A stretch of 64,000 nt of DNA from Eledone cirrhosa (GCA_964016885.1 OZ024741.1:247256001-247320000); one strand, 5' to 3'; positions 1 through 13,109 are shown, numbered from the stretch's first letter. The notes: generated from the sequence alone by a model not told the origin. Program-made: numbers and translations.

Positions 1-1300
1 AGGGCTGGAAATTATCTTCCCTTGGACGGCTGGAAATTATCTCCCCTTGATTTTTTTTACAAATTATCTCCGCCTGATTTTTTTTTACAAATTATCTCCC
101 CCTGATTTTTTTTTACACATTATCTACCCCTGATTTTTTTTTACAAATTATCTCCCCCTGATTTTTTTTACAAATTATCTCCCCCTGATTTTTCTTTTAC
201 AAATTATCTCCCCCTGATTTTTTTACAAATTATCTCCCCCTGATTTTTTTTACAAATTATCTCCGCCTGATTTTTTTAAATATTATCTTCCCTTGGCTGG
301 CGGGAAATTATCTCCCCTTGGACGGCTGGAAATTATCTGCCCTTGATTTTCTTTTTACAAATTATCTTCCACTGATTTTTTTTACAAATAATCTCCACCT
401 GATTTTTTAAAAAATTATCTCCCCTTGGAAGGCTGGAAATTATCTCCCCTTGGACGGCTGGAAATTATCTCCCCTTGGACGGCTAGAAATTATCTCTCCT
501 TGGACGGCTGAAAATTATCTCCCCTTGGACGGCTGCAAATTATCTCCCCTTGATTTTTTTTACAAATTTTCTCCCCCTGATTTTTTTTACAAATTATCTC
601 CCCCTGATTTTTTTACAAATTATCTCCCCCTGATTTTTTTTTACAAATTATCTCCCCCTGATTTTTTTTTACAAATTATCTCCCCCTGATTTTTTTTTTA
701 CAAATTATCTCCCCCTGATTTTTTTACAAATTATCTCCCCCTGATTTTTTTTACAATCTCCGCCTGATTTTTTTAAAAATTATCTTCCCTTGGCTGGCGG
801 GAAATTATCTCCCCTTGGACGGCTGGAAATTATCTCCCCTTGGAAGGATGGAAATTATCTCCCCTCGGACGGCTGGAAATTATCTCCCCTTGCACGGCTG
901 GAAATTATCTCCCCTTGGCTGGAAATTATCTCCCCTTGGACGGCTAGAAATTATCTCTCTTTGGACGGCTGCAAATTATCTCCCTTTGATTTTTTTTACA
1001 AATTATCTCCCTCTGATTTTTTTTACAAATCTCCCCCTGATTTTTTTAAAAAAATTATCTCCCCTTCGCTGGCTGGAAATTATCTTCCCTTGGACGGCTG
1101 GAAATTATCTCCCCTTGATTTTTTTTACAAATTATCTCCGCCTGATTTTTTTTAAAAATTATCTCTCCTTGGACGGCTGGAAATTATCTCCCCTTGATTT
1201 TTTTACAAATTATCTCCCCCTGATTTTTTTTTACAAATTATCTCCCCCTGATTTTTTTTTACAAATTATCTACCCCTGATTTTTTTTTACAAATTATCTC
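1..1300. repeat. Higher-order block repeated at ~20912-22200 (offset 20911) and ~30180-31470
   Basis: Identical or near-identical ORF translations at 450/21361/30629 and 790/21701/30969. Shared private variants ACACATTATC, CTGCAAA, AAATTTTCTC, CCCTCGGAC and TTGCACGG. Confidence 0.9.
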
Positions 1301-1699
1301 CCCCTGATTTTTTTTTACAAATTATCTACCCCTGATTTTTTTTACAAATTATCTCCCCCTGATTTTTTTTACAAATTATCTCCCCCTGATTTTTTTTTTA
1401 CAAATTATCTCCCCCTGATTTTTTTTACAAATTATCTCCCCCTGATTTTTTTTACAAATTATCTCCGCCGGATTTTTTTAAATATTATCTTCCCTTGGCT
1501 GGCGGGAAATTATCTCCCCTTGGACGGCTGAAAATTATCTCCCCTTGGACGGCTGGAAATTATCTCCCCTTGATTTTTTTTACAAATTATCTCCCCCTGA
1601 TTTTTTTTTACAAATTATCTCCCCCTGATTTTTTTTACAAATTATCTCCCCCTGATTTTTTTTTACAAATTATCTCCCCCTGATTTTTTTTACAAATTA

Positions 1700-4600
1700 T
1701 CTCCCCCTGATTTTTTTACAAATTATCTCCCCCTGATTTTTTTTACAAATTATCTCCGCCTGATTTTTTTAAATATTATCTTCCCTTGGCTGGCGGGAAA
1801 TTATCTCCCCTTGGACGGCTGGAAATTATCTACCCTTGATTTTCTTTTTACAAATTATCTTCCACTGATTTTTTTTACAAATTATCTCCACCTGATTTTT
1901 TAAAAAATTATCTCCCCTTGGAAGGCTGGAAATTATCTCCCCTTGGCTGGAAATTATCTCCCCTTGGACGGCTAGAAATTATCTCTCTTTGGACGGCTGG
2001 AAATTATCACCCCTTGAGTTTTTTACAAATTATCTCCCCCTGATTTTTTTACAAATTATCTCCCCCTGATTTTTTTTACAAATTATCTCCGCCTGATTTT
2101 TTTAAATATTATCTTCCCTTGGCTGGCGGGAAATTATCTCCCCTTGGACGGCTGAAAATTATCTCCCCTTGGACGGCTGGAAATTATCTCCCCTTGATTT
2201 TTTTTACAAATTATCTCCCCCTGATTTTTTTTTACAAATTATCTCCCCCTGATTTTTTTTACAAATTATCTCCCCCTGATTTTTTTTTACAAATTATCTC
2301 CCCCTGATTTTTTTTACAAATTATCTCCCTCTGATTTTTTTACAAATTATCTCCCCTTGGCTGGCTGGAAATTATCTCCCCTTGGACGGCTAGAAATTAC
2401 CTCTCCTTGGACGGCTGGAAAATATGTCTCCTTGGACGGCTGGATATTATCTCCCCTTGGACGGCTGGAAATTATCTCCCCTTGGACGGCTGGAAATTAT
2501 CTCCCCTTGGACGGATATATATTACCTCCCCTTGGACGGCTGGAAATTATCTCCCCTTGATTTTTTTACAAATTATCTCCCCCTGATTTATTTTACAAAT
2601 CTCCCAATGATTTTTAAAAAAAAATTATCTCCCCTTCGCTGGCTGGAAATTATCTCCCCTTGGACGCTGGAAATTATAGCCCCTTGGAGGGCTGGAAATT
2701 ATCTTCCCTTGGACGGCTGGAAATTATCTCCCCTTGATTTTTTTTACAAATTATCTCCCCCTGATTTTTTTTACAAATTATCTCCCCCTGATTTTTTTTA
2801 CAAATTATCTACCCCTGATTTTTTTTACAAATTACCTCCCCCTGATTTTTTTTTACAAATTATCTCCCCCTGATTTTTTTTTACAAATTATCTCCCCCTG
2901 ATTTTTTTACAAATTATCTCCCCCTGATTTTTTTTACAATCTCCGCCTGATTTTTTTAAAAATTATCTTCTCTTGGCTGGCTGGAAATTATCTCCCCTTG
3001 GACACTGGAAATTATAGCCACTTGGAGGGCTGGAAATTATCTTCCCTTGGACGGCTGGAAATTATCACCCCTTGATTTTTTTTACAAATTATCTCCGCCT
3101 GATTTTTTTTTACAAATTATCTCCCCCTGATTTTTTTTTACAAATTATCTAACCCTGATTTTTTTTTACAAATTATCTCCCCCTGATTTTTTTTACAAAT
3201 TATCTCCCCCTGATTTCTCTTTTACAAATTATCTCCCCCTGATTTTTTTACAAATTATCTCCCCCTGATTTTTTTTACAAATTATCTCCGCCTGATTTTT
3301 TTAAATATTATCTTCCCTTGGCTGGCGGGAAATTATCTCCCCTTGGACGGCTGGAAATTATCTACCCTTGATTTTCTTTTTACAAATTATCTTCCACTGA
3401 TTTTTTTTACAAATTATCTCCACCTGATTTTTTAAAAAATTATCTCCCCTTGGAAGGCTGGAAATTATCTCCCCTTGGCTGGAAATTATCTCCCCTTGGA
3501 CGGCTAGAAATTATCTCTCTTTGGACGGCTGGAAATTATCACCCCTTGAGCTTTTTACAAATTATCTCCCCCTGATTTTTTTTACAAATCTCCCTGTGAT
3601 TTTTAAAAAAAAATTATCTCCCCTTCGCTGGCTGGAAATTATCTCCCCTTGGACGCTGGAAATTATAGCCCCTTGGAGGGCTGGAAATTATCTTCCCTTG
3701 GACGGCTGGAAATTATCTCCCCTTGATTTTTTTTACAAATTATCTCCCCCTGATTTTTTTTTACAAATTATCTCCCCCTGATTTTTTTTACAACTTATCT
3801 GCGCCTGATTTTTTTTAAAAAATTATCTCCCCTTGGACGGCTGGAAATTATCTCCCCTTGGACGGCTGGAAATTATCTCTCCTTGGACGGCTAGAATTTA
3901 CCTCTCCTTGGACGGCTGAAAATTATCTCCCCTTGGACGGCTGGAAATTATCTCCCCTTGATTTTTTTTACAAATTATCTCCCCCTGATTTTTTTTTACA
4001 AATTATCTCCCCCTGATTTTTTTTTACAGATTATCTCCCCCTGATTTTTTTTTACAAATTATCTACCCCTGATTTTTTTTTACAAATTATCTCCCCTTGG
4101 AGGCTGGAACTTATCTCCCCTTGGACGGCTAGAAATTACCTCTCCTTGGACGGCTGGAAAATATGTCTCCTTGGACGGCTGGATATTATCTCCCCTTGGA
4201 CGGCTGGAAATTATCTCCCCTTGGACGGCTGAAAATTATCTCCCCTTGATTTTTTTTACAAATTATCTCCCCCTGATTTTTTTTTACAAATTATCTCCCC
4301 CTGATTTTTGTTTACAAATTATCTCCGCCTGATTTTTTAAAAAAATTATCTCCCCTTGGACGGCTGGAAATTATCTCCCCTTGGACGGATAGAAATTACC
4401 TCTCCTTGGACGGCTGAAAATTATCTCCCCTTTGACGGCTGGAAATTATCTCCCCTTGATTTTTTTACAAATTATCTCCCCCTGATTTTTTTTTTACAAA
4501 TTATCTCCCCCTGATTTTTTTTTACAAATTATCTACCCCTGATTTTTTTTTACAAATTATCTCCCCCTGATTTTTTTTACAAATTATCTCCCCCTGATTT

Positions 4601-6170
4601 TTTTTTACAAATTATCTCCCCCTGATTTTTTTACAAATTATCTCCCCCTGATTTTTTTTACAAATTATCTCCGCCTGATTTTTTTAAATATTATCTCTCC
4701 TTGGCTGGCGGGAAATTATCTCCCCTTGGACGGCTGGAAATTATCTCCCCTTGGAAGGATGGAAATTATCTCCCCTTGGACGGCTGGAAATTATCTACCC
4801 CTGATTTTTTTTACAAATTATCTCCCCCTGATTTTTTTTACAAATTATCTCCCCCTGATTTTTTTTACAAATTATCTACCCCTGATTTTTTTTACAAATT
4901 ATCTCCCCCTGATTTTTTTTACAAATTATCTCCCCCTGATTTTTTTTTTACAAATTATCTCACCCTGATTTTTTTACAAATTATCTCCCCCTGATTTTTT
5001 TTACAAATTATCTCCGCCTGATTTTTTTAAATATTATCTTCCCTTGGCTGGCGGGAAATTATCTCCCCTTGAAGGGCTGAAAATTATCTCCCCTTGGACG
5101 GCTGGAAATTATCTCCCCTTGATTTTTTTTACAAATTATCTCCCCCTGATTTTTTTTTACAAATTATCTCCCCCTGATTTTTTTTACAAATTATCTCCCC
5201 CTGATTTTTTTTTACAAATTATCTGCCGCTGATTTTTTTTACAAATTATCTCCCCCTGATTTTTTTACAAATTATCTCCCCTTGGCTGGCTGGAAATTAC
5301 CTCCCCTTGGAGGCTGGAATTTATCTCCCCTTGGACGGCTAGAAATTACCTCTCCTTGGACGGCTGGAAAATATGTCTCCTTGGACGGCTGGATTTTATC
5401 TCCCCTTGGACGGCTGGAAATTATCTCCCCTTGGACGGCTGGAAATTATCTCCCCTTGGACGGATAGATATTACCTCCCCTTGGACGGCTGGAAATTATC
5501 TCCCCTTGGACGGCTGGAAATTATCTCCCCATGGACGGCTGGAAATTATCTCCCCTTGGACGGCTAGAAATTATCTCTCCTTGGACGGCTGAAAATTATC
5601 TCCCCTTGGACGGCTGGAAATTATCTCCCGTTGGACGGCTGGAAATTATCTCGCCTTGGACGGCTAGAATTTACCTCTCCTTGGACGGCTGAAAATTATC
5701 TCCCCTTGGACGGCTGGAAATTATCTCCCCTTGATTTTTTTTACAAATTATCTCCCCCTGATTTTTTTTTACAAATTATCTCCCCCTGATTTTTTTTTAC
5801 AAATTATCTCCCCCTGATTTTTTTTTACAAATTATCTCCCCCTGATTTTTTTTACAAATTATCTCCCCCCTGATTTTTTAACAAATTATCTCCCCTTGGC
5901 TGGCTGGAAATTATCTCCCCTTGGAGGCTGGAACTTATCTCCCCTTGGACGGCTAGAAATTACCTCTCCTTTGACGGCTGGAAAATATGTCTCCTTGGAC
6001 GGCTGGATATTATCTCCCCTTGGACGGCTGGAAATTATCTCCCCTTGGACGGCTGGAAATTATCTCCCCTTGGATGGCTAGATATTACCTCCCCTTGGAC
6101 GGCTGGAAATTATCTCCCTTTGATTTTTTTTACAAATTATCTCCCCCTGATTTTTTTTTACAAATTATCT
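1700..6170. repeat. ~4.5-kb higher-order block duplicated at ~39480-43950 (offset ~37783)
   Basis: ORF pairs 2424/40207, 4701/42484, 5044/42827 and 5896/43679 all differ by 37783. Shared variants CTAACCCTG, GAGCTTTT, CCCTGTGA, GAAGGGCTGA and CTGCCGCTG. Confidence 0.9.
5269..5717. repeat. Type A run (18 monomers; consensus AAATTATCTCCCCTTGGACGGCTGG); copies at ~43050-43500, ~44715-45165 and ~47730-48180
   Basis: Direct reading. All four copies carry the same ordered variants (TTACCTCCCC, GGATAGATA, CCCATGG, CCCGTTGG, CTCGCC). Confidence 0.95.
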
Positions 6171-9100
6171 CCCCCTGATTTTTTTTTACAAATTATCTCC
6201 CCCTGATTTTTGTTTACAAATTATCTCCGCCTGATTTTTTTTTAAAAATTATCTCCCCTTGGACGGCTGGAAATTATCTCCCCTTGGACGGCTAGAAATT
6301 ACCTCTCCTTGGACGGCTGAAAATTATCTCCCCTTGGACGGCTGGAAATTATCTCCCCTTGATTTTTTTACAAATTATCTCCCCCTGATTTTTTTTTTAC
6401 AAATTATCTCCCCCTGATTTTTTTTTACAAATTATCTACCCCTGATTTTTTTTTACAAATTATCTCCCCCTGATTTTTTTTACAAATTATCTCCCCCTGA
6501 TTTTTTTTTACAAATTATCTCCCCCTGATTTTTTTACAAATTATCTCCCCCTGATTTTTTTTACAAATTATCTCCGCCTGATTTTTTTAAATATTATCTC
6601 TCCTTGGCTGGCGGGAAATTATCTCCCCTTGGACGGCTGGAAATTATCTCCCCTTGGAAGGATGGAAATTATCTCCCCTTGGACGGCTAGAAATTATCTC
6701 TCTTTGGACGGCTGGAAATTATCACCCCTTGAGTTTTTTACAAATTATCTCCCCCTGATTTTTTTTACAAATCTCCCAGTGATTTTTTAAAAAAAATTAT
6801 CTCCCCTTCGCTGGCTGGAAATTATCTCCCCTTGGACGCTGGAAATTATAGCACCTTGGAGGGCTTGAAATTATCTTCCCTTGGACGGCTGGAAATTATC
6901 TCCCCTTGATTTTTTTTACAAATTATCTCCCCCTGATTTTTTTTTACAAATTATCTCCCCCTGATTTTTTTTTACAACTTATCTGCGCCTGATTTTTTTA
7001 AAAAAATTATCTCCCCTTGGACGGCTGGAAATTATCTCCCCTTGGACGGCTGGAAATTATCTCTCCTTGGACGGCTAGAATTTACCTCTCCTTGGACGGC
7101 TGAAAATTATCTCCCCTTGGACGGCTGGAAATTATCTCCCCTTGATTTTTTTTACAAATTATCTCCCCCGGATTTTTTTTTACGAATTATCTCCCCCTGA
7201 TTTTTTTTTACAAATTATCTCCCCCTGATTTTTTTTTACAAATTATCTCCCCCTGATTTTTTTACAAATTATCTCCCCTTGGCTGGCTGGAAATTATCTC
7301 CCCTAGGAGGCTGGAACTTATCTCCCCTTGGACGGCTAGAAATTACCTCTCTTTGGACGGCTGGAAAATATGTCTCCTTGGACGGCTGGATATTATCTCC
7401 CCTTGGACGGCTGGAAATTATCTCCCCTTGGACGGCTGGAAATTATCTCCCCTTGGATGGCTAGATATTACCTCCCCTTGGACGGCTGGAAATTATCTCC
7501 CCTTGATTTTTTTTACAAATTATCTCCCCCTGATTTTTTTTTACAAATTATCTCCCCCGATTTTTTTTTACAAATTATCTCCCCCTGATTTTTTTTTACA
7601 AATTATCTCCCCCTGATTTTTGTTTACAAATTATCTCCCCGTGGACGGCTGGAAATTATCTCCCCTTGGACGGCTAGAAATTACCTCTCCTTGGACGGCT
7701 GAAAATTATCCTCCCTTGGACGGCTGGAAATTATCTCCCCTTGATTTTTTTACAAATTATCTCCCCCTGATTTTTTTTTTACAAATTATCTCACCCTGAT
7801 TTTTTTTACAAATTATCTACCCCTGATTTTTTTTTACAAATTATCTCCCCCTGATTTTTTTTACAAATTATCTCCCACTGATTTTTTTTTTACAAATTAT
7901 CTCCCCCTGATTTTTTTACAAATTATCTCCCCCTGATTTTTTTTACAAATTATATCCGCCTGATTTTTTTAAATATTATCTCTCCTTGGCTGGCGGGAAA
8001 TTATCTCCCCTTGGACGGCTGGAAATTATCTCCCCTTGGAAGGATGGAAATTATCTCCCCTTGGACGGCTGGAAATTATCTACCCCTGATTTTTTTTACA
8101 AATTATCTCCCCCTGATTTTTTTTACAAATTATCTCCCCCTGATTTTTTTTTTACAAATTATCTCCCCCTGATTTTTTTACAAATTATCTCCCCCTGATT
8201 TTTTTTACAAATTATCTCCGCCTGATTTTTTAAAATATTATCTTACCTTGGCTGGCGGGAAATTATCTCCCCTTGGACGGCTGAAAATTATCTCCCCTTG
8301 GACGGCTGGAAATTATCTCGCCTTGATTTTTTTTACAAATTATCTCCCCCTGATTTTTTTTTACAAATTATCTCCCCCTGATTTTTTTTACAAATTATCT
8401 CCCCCCTGATTTTTTTACAAATTATCTCCCCTTGGCTGGCTGGAAATTATCTCCCCTTGGAGGCTGGAACTTATCTCCCCTTGGACGGCTAGAAATTACC
8501 TCTCCTTGGACGGCTGGAAAATATGTCTCCTTGGACGGCTGGATATTATCTCCCCTTGGACGGCTGGAAATTATCTCCCCTTGGACGGCTGGAAATTATC
8601 TCCCCTTGGATGGCTAGATATTACCTCCCCTTGGACGGCTGGAAATTATCTCCCTTTGATTTTTTTTACAAATTATCTCCCCCTGATTTTTTTTTACAAA
8701 TTATCTCCCCCTGATTTTTTTTTACAAATTATCTCCCCCTGATTTTTGTTTACAAATTATCTCCGCCTGATTTTTTTTAAAAAATTATCTCCCCTTGGAC
8801 GGCTGGAAATTATCTCCCCTTGGACGGCTAGAAATTACCTCTCCTTGGACGGCTGAAAATTATCTCCCCTTGGACGGCTGGAAATTATCTCCCCTTGATT
8901 TTTTTACAAATTATCTCCCCCTGATTTTTTTTTTACAAATTATCTCCCCCTGATTTTTTTTTACAAATTATCTACCCCTGATTTTTTTTTACAAATTATC
9001 TCCCCCTGATTTTTTTTACAAATTATCTCCCCCTGATTTTTTTTTACAAATTATCTCCCCCTGATTTTTTTACAAATTATCTCCCCCTGATTTTTTTTAC

Positions 9101-11000
9101 AAATTATCTCCGCCTGATTTTTTTAAATATTATCTCTCCTTGGCTGGCGGGAAATTATCTCCCCTTGGACGGCTGGAAATTATCTCCCCTTGGAAGGATG
9201 GAAATTATCTCCCCTTGGACGGCTAGAAATTATCTCTCTTTGGACGGCTGGAAATTATCACCCCTTGAGTTTTTTACAAATTATCTCCCCCTGATTTTTT
9301 TTACAAATCTCCCAGTGATTTTTAAAAAAAAATTATCTCCCCTTCGCTGGCTGGAAATTATCTCCCCTTGGACGCTGGAAATTATAGCACCTTGGAGGGC
9401 TGGAAATTATCTTCCCTTGGACGGCTGGAAATTATCTCCCCTTGATTTTTTTTACAAATTATCTCCCCCTGATTTTTTTTTACAAATTATCTCCCCCTGA
9501 TTTTTTTTTACAACTTATCTGCGCCTGATTTTTTTAAAAAAATTATCTCCCCTTGGACGGCTGGAAATTATCTCCCCTTGGACGGCTGGAAATTATCTCT
9601 CCTTGGACGGCTAGAATTTACCTCTCCTTGGACGGCTGAAAATTATCTCCCCTTGGACGGCTGGAAATTATCTCCCCTTGATTTTTTTTACAAATTATCT
9701 CCCCCTGATTTTTTTTTACAAATTATCTCCCCCTGATTTTTTTTACAAATTATCTCCCCCTGATTTTTTTTTACAAATTATCACCCCCTGATTTTTTTTT
9801 ACAAATTATCTCCCCCGGATTTTTTTACAAATTATCTCCCCTTGGCTGGCTGGAAATTATCTCCCCTTGGACACTGGAAATTATAGCCCCTTGGATGGCT
9901 GGAAATTATCTTCCCTTGGACGGCTGGAAATTATCTCCCCTTGATTTTTTTTACAAATTATTTCCCCCTGATTTTTTTTTACAAATTATCTCCCCCTGAT
10001 TTTTTTTTACAAATTATTTCCCCCTGATTTTTTTTTACAAATTATCTCCCCCGGATTTTTTTACAAATTATCTCCCCTTGGAGGCTGGAACTTATGTCCC
10101 CTTGGACGGCTAGAAATTACCTCTCCTTGGACGGCTGGAAAATATGTCTCCTTGGACGGCTGGATATTATCTCCCCTTGGACGGCTGGAAATTATCTCCC
10201 CTTGGACGGCTGGAAATTATCTCCCCTTGGATGGCTAGATATTACCTCCCCTTGGACGGCTGGAAATTATCTCCCCTTGATTTTTTTTACAAATTATCTC
10301 CCCCTGATTTTTTTTTACAAATTATCTCCCCCTGATTTTTTTTTACAAATTATCTCCCCCTGATTTTTGTTTACAAATTATCTCCGCCTGATTTTTTTTA
10401 AAAAATTATCTCCCCTTGGACGGCTGGAAATTATCTCCCCTTGGACGGCTAGAAATTACCTCTCCTTGGACGGCTGAAAATTATCTCCCCTTGGACGGCT
10501 GGAAATTATCTCCCCTTGATTTTTTTACAAATTATCTCCCCCTGATTTTTTTTTTACAAATTATCTACCCCTGATTTTTTTTTTACAAATTATCTCCCCC
10601 TGATTTTTTTACAAATTATCTCCCCCTAATTTTTTTTACAAATTATCTCCGCCTGATTTTTTTAAATATTATCTCTCCTTGGCTGGCGGGAAATTATCTC
10701 CCCTTGGACGGCTGGAAATTATCTCCCCTTGGAAGGACGGAAATTATCTCCCCTTGGACGGCTGGAAATTATCTACCCCTGATTTTTTTTACAAATTATC
10801 TCCCCCTGATTTTTTTTACAAATTATCTCTCCCTGATTTTTTTTTACAAATTATCTACCCCTGATTTTTTTTACAAATTATCTCCCCCTGATTTTTTTAC
10901 AAATTGTCTCCCCCTGATTTTTTTTTACAAATTATCTCCCCCTGATTGTTTTACAAATTATCTCCCCCTGATTTTTTTTACAAATTATCTCCGCCTGATT
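5890..11000. repeat. ~5.1-kb higher-order block repeated at ~12845-17935 (offset ~6927-6954) and ~22380-27200; partial copies at ~10960-14080 (offset 4418) and ~48600-52190 (offset ~42436)
   Basis: ORF starts 7279/11697/14208/23474/49715, 7986/12404/14915/24181/50422 and 10094/17021/26289. Shared variants CCCTAGGAGG, TACGAATT, TTATCCTCCC, TATATCCGCC and CTTACCTTGG. Confidence 0.88.
8419..8642. repeat. Example of the recurrent 9-monomer type A signature cassette (224 bp); about 39 full or partial copies in the window
   Basis: Ordered variants GGCTGGCTGG / GGAGGCTGGAACTT / GCTAGAAATTACCTCTCC / AAAATATGTCTCC / GGATATT / consensus units / GGATGGCTAGATATTACC. The ATGTCTCC marker was counted by hand with help from the repeated MSPWTAGYY ORF starts (2424, 5373, 5987, 7370, 8523 ... 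63635). Confidence 0.9.
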
Positions 11001-13109
11001 TTTTTAAATATTATCTCTCCTTGGCTGGCGGGAAATTATCTCCCCTTGGACGGCTGGAAATTATCTCCCCTTGGAAGGATGGAAATTATCTCCCCTTGGA
11101 CGGCTAGAAACTATCTCTCTTTGGACGGCTGGAAATTATCACCCCTTGAGTTTTTTACAAATTATCTCCCCCTGATTTTTTTTACAAATCTCCCAGTGAT
11201 TTTTAAAAAAAAATTATCTCCCCTTCGCTGGCTGGAAATTATCTCCCCTTGGACGCTGGAAATTATAGCCCCTTGGAGGGCTTGAAATTATCTTCCCTTG
11301 GATGGCTGGAAATTATCTCCCCTTGATTTTTTTTTACAAATTATCTCCCCCTGATTTTTTTTTACAAATTATCTCCCCCTGATTTTTTTTTACAACTTAT
11401 CTGCGCCTGATTTTTTTAAAAAAATTATCTCCCCTTGGACGGCTGGAAATTATCTCCCCTTGGACGGCTGGAAATTATCTCTCCTTGGACGGCTAGAATT
11501 TACCTCTCCTTGGACGGCTGAAAATTATCTCCCCTTGGACGGCTGGAAATTATCTCCCCTTGATTTTTTTTACAAATTATCTCCCCCGGATTTTTTTTTA
11601 CGAATTATCTCCCCCTGATTTTTTTTTACAAATTATCTCCCCCTGATTTTTTTTTACAAATTATCTCCCCCTGATTTTTTTACAAATTATCTCCCCTTGG
11701 CTGGCTGGAAATTATCTCCCCTAGGAGGCTGGAACTTATCTCCCCTTGGACGGCTAGAAATTACCTCTCTTTGGACGGCTGGAAAATATGTCTCCTTGGA
11801 CGGCTGGATATTATCTCCCCTTGGACGGCTGGAAATTATCTCCCCTTGGACGGCTGGAAATTATCTCCCCTTGGATGGCTAGATATTACCTCCCCTTGGA
11901 CGGCTGGAAATTATCTCCCCTTGATTTTTTTTACAAATTATCTCCCCCTGATTTTTTTTTACAAATTATCTCCCCCGATTTTTTTTTACAAATTATCTCC
12001 CCCTGATTTTTTTTTACAAATTATCTCCCCCTGATTTTTGTTTACAAATTATCTCCCCGTGGACGGCTGGAAATTATCTCCCCTTGGACGGCTAGAAATT
12101 ACCTCTCCTTGGACGGCTGAAAATTATCCTCCCTTGGACGGCTGGAAATTATCTCCCCTTGATTTTTTTACAAATTATCTCCCCCTGATTTTTTTTTTAC
12201 AAATTATCTCACCCTGATTTTTTTTACAAATTATCTACCCCTGATTTTTTTTTACAAATTATCTCCCCCTGATTTTTTTTACAAATTATCTCCCACTGAT
12301 TTTTTTTTTACAAATTATGTCCCCCTGATTTTTTTACAAATTATCTCCCCCTGATTTTTTTTACAAATTATATCCGCCTGATTTTTTTAAATATTATCTC
12401 TCCTTGGCTGGCGGGAAATTATCTCCCCTTGGACGGCTGGAAATTATCTCCCCTTGGAAGGATGGAAATTATCTCCCCTTGGACGGCTGGAAATTATCTA
12501 CCCCTGATTTTTTTTACAAATTATCTCCCCCTGATTTTTTTTACAAATTATCTCCCCCTGATTTTTTTTTTACAAATTATCTCCCCCTGATTTTTTTACA
12601 AATTATCTCCCCCTGATTTTTTTTACAAATTATCTCCGCCTGATTTTTTAAAATATTATCTTACCTTGGCTGGCGGGAAATTATCTCCCCTTGGACGGCT
12701 GAAAATTATCTCCCCTTGGACGGCTGGAAATTATCTCGCCTTGATTTTTTTTACAAATTATCTCCCCCTGATTTTTTTTTACAAATTATCTCCCCCTGAT
12801 TTTTTTTACAAATTATCTCCCCCCTGATTTTTTTACAAATTATCTCCCCTTGGCTGGCTGGAAATTATCTCCCCTTGGAGGCTGGAACTTATCTCCCCTT
12901 GGACGGCTAGAAATTACCTCTCCTTGGACGGCTGGAAAATATGTCTCCTTGGACGGCTGGATATTATCTCCCCTTGGACGGCTGGAAATTATCTCCCCTT
13001 GGACGGCTGGAAATTATCTCCCCTTGGATGGCTAGATATTACCTCCCCTTGGACGGCTGGAAATTATCTCCCTTTGATTTTTTTTACAAATTATCTCCCC
13101 CTGATTTTT

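Noticed and set aside
40-260. Intrinsic terminator-like C-rich stretch followed by a T tract
   Set aside because: No GC-rich hairpin precedes the T tracts and there is no upstream gene.
841-865. NF-kB-like GGAAATTATCTCCCC
   Set aside because: The half-site spacing does not fit the 10-11-bp GGGRNNYYCC consensus.
7295-7315. Telomere-like CCCTAGG or C-rich strand suggesting telomeric repeats
   Set aside because: This is a single substitution within a monomer, with no tandem CCCTAA-type units. Long-range near-identical duplications fit recombination better than telomerase addition.
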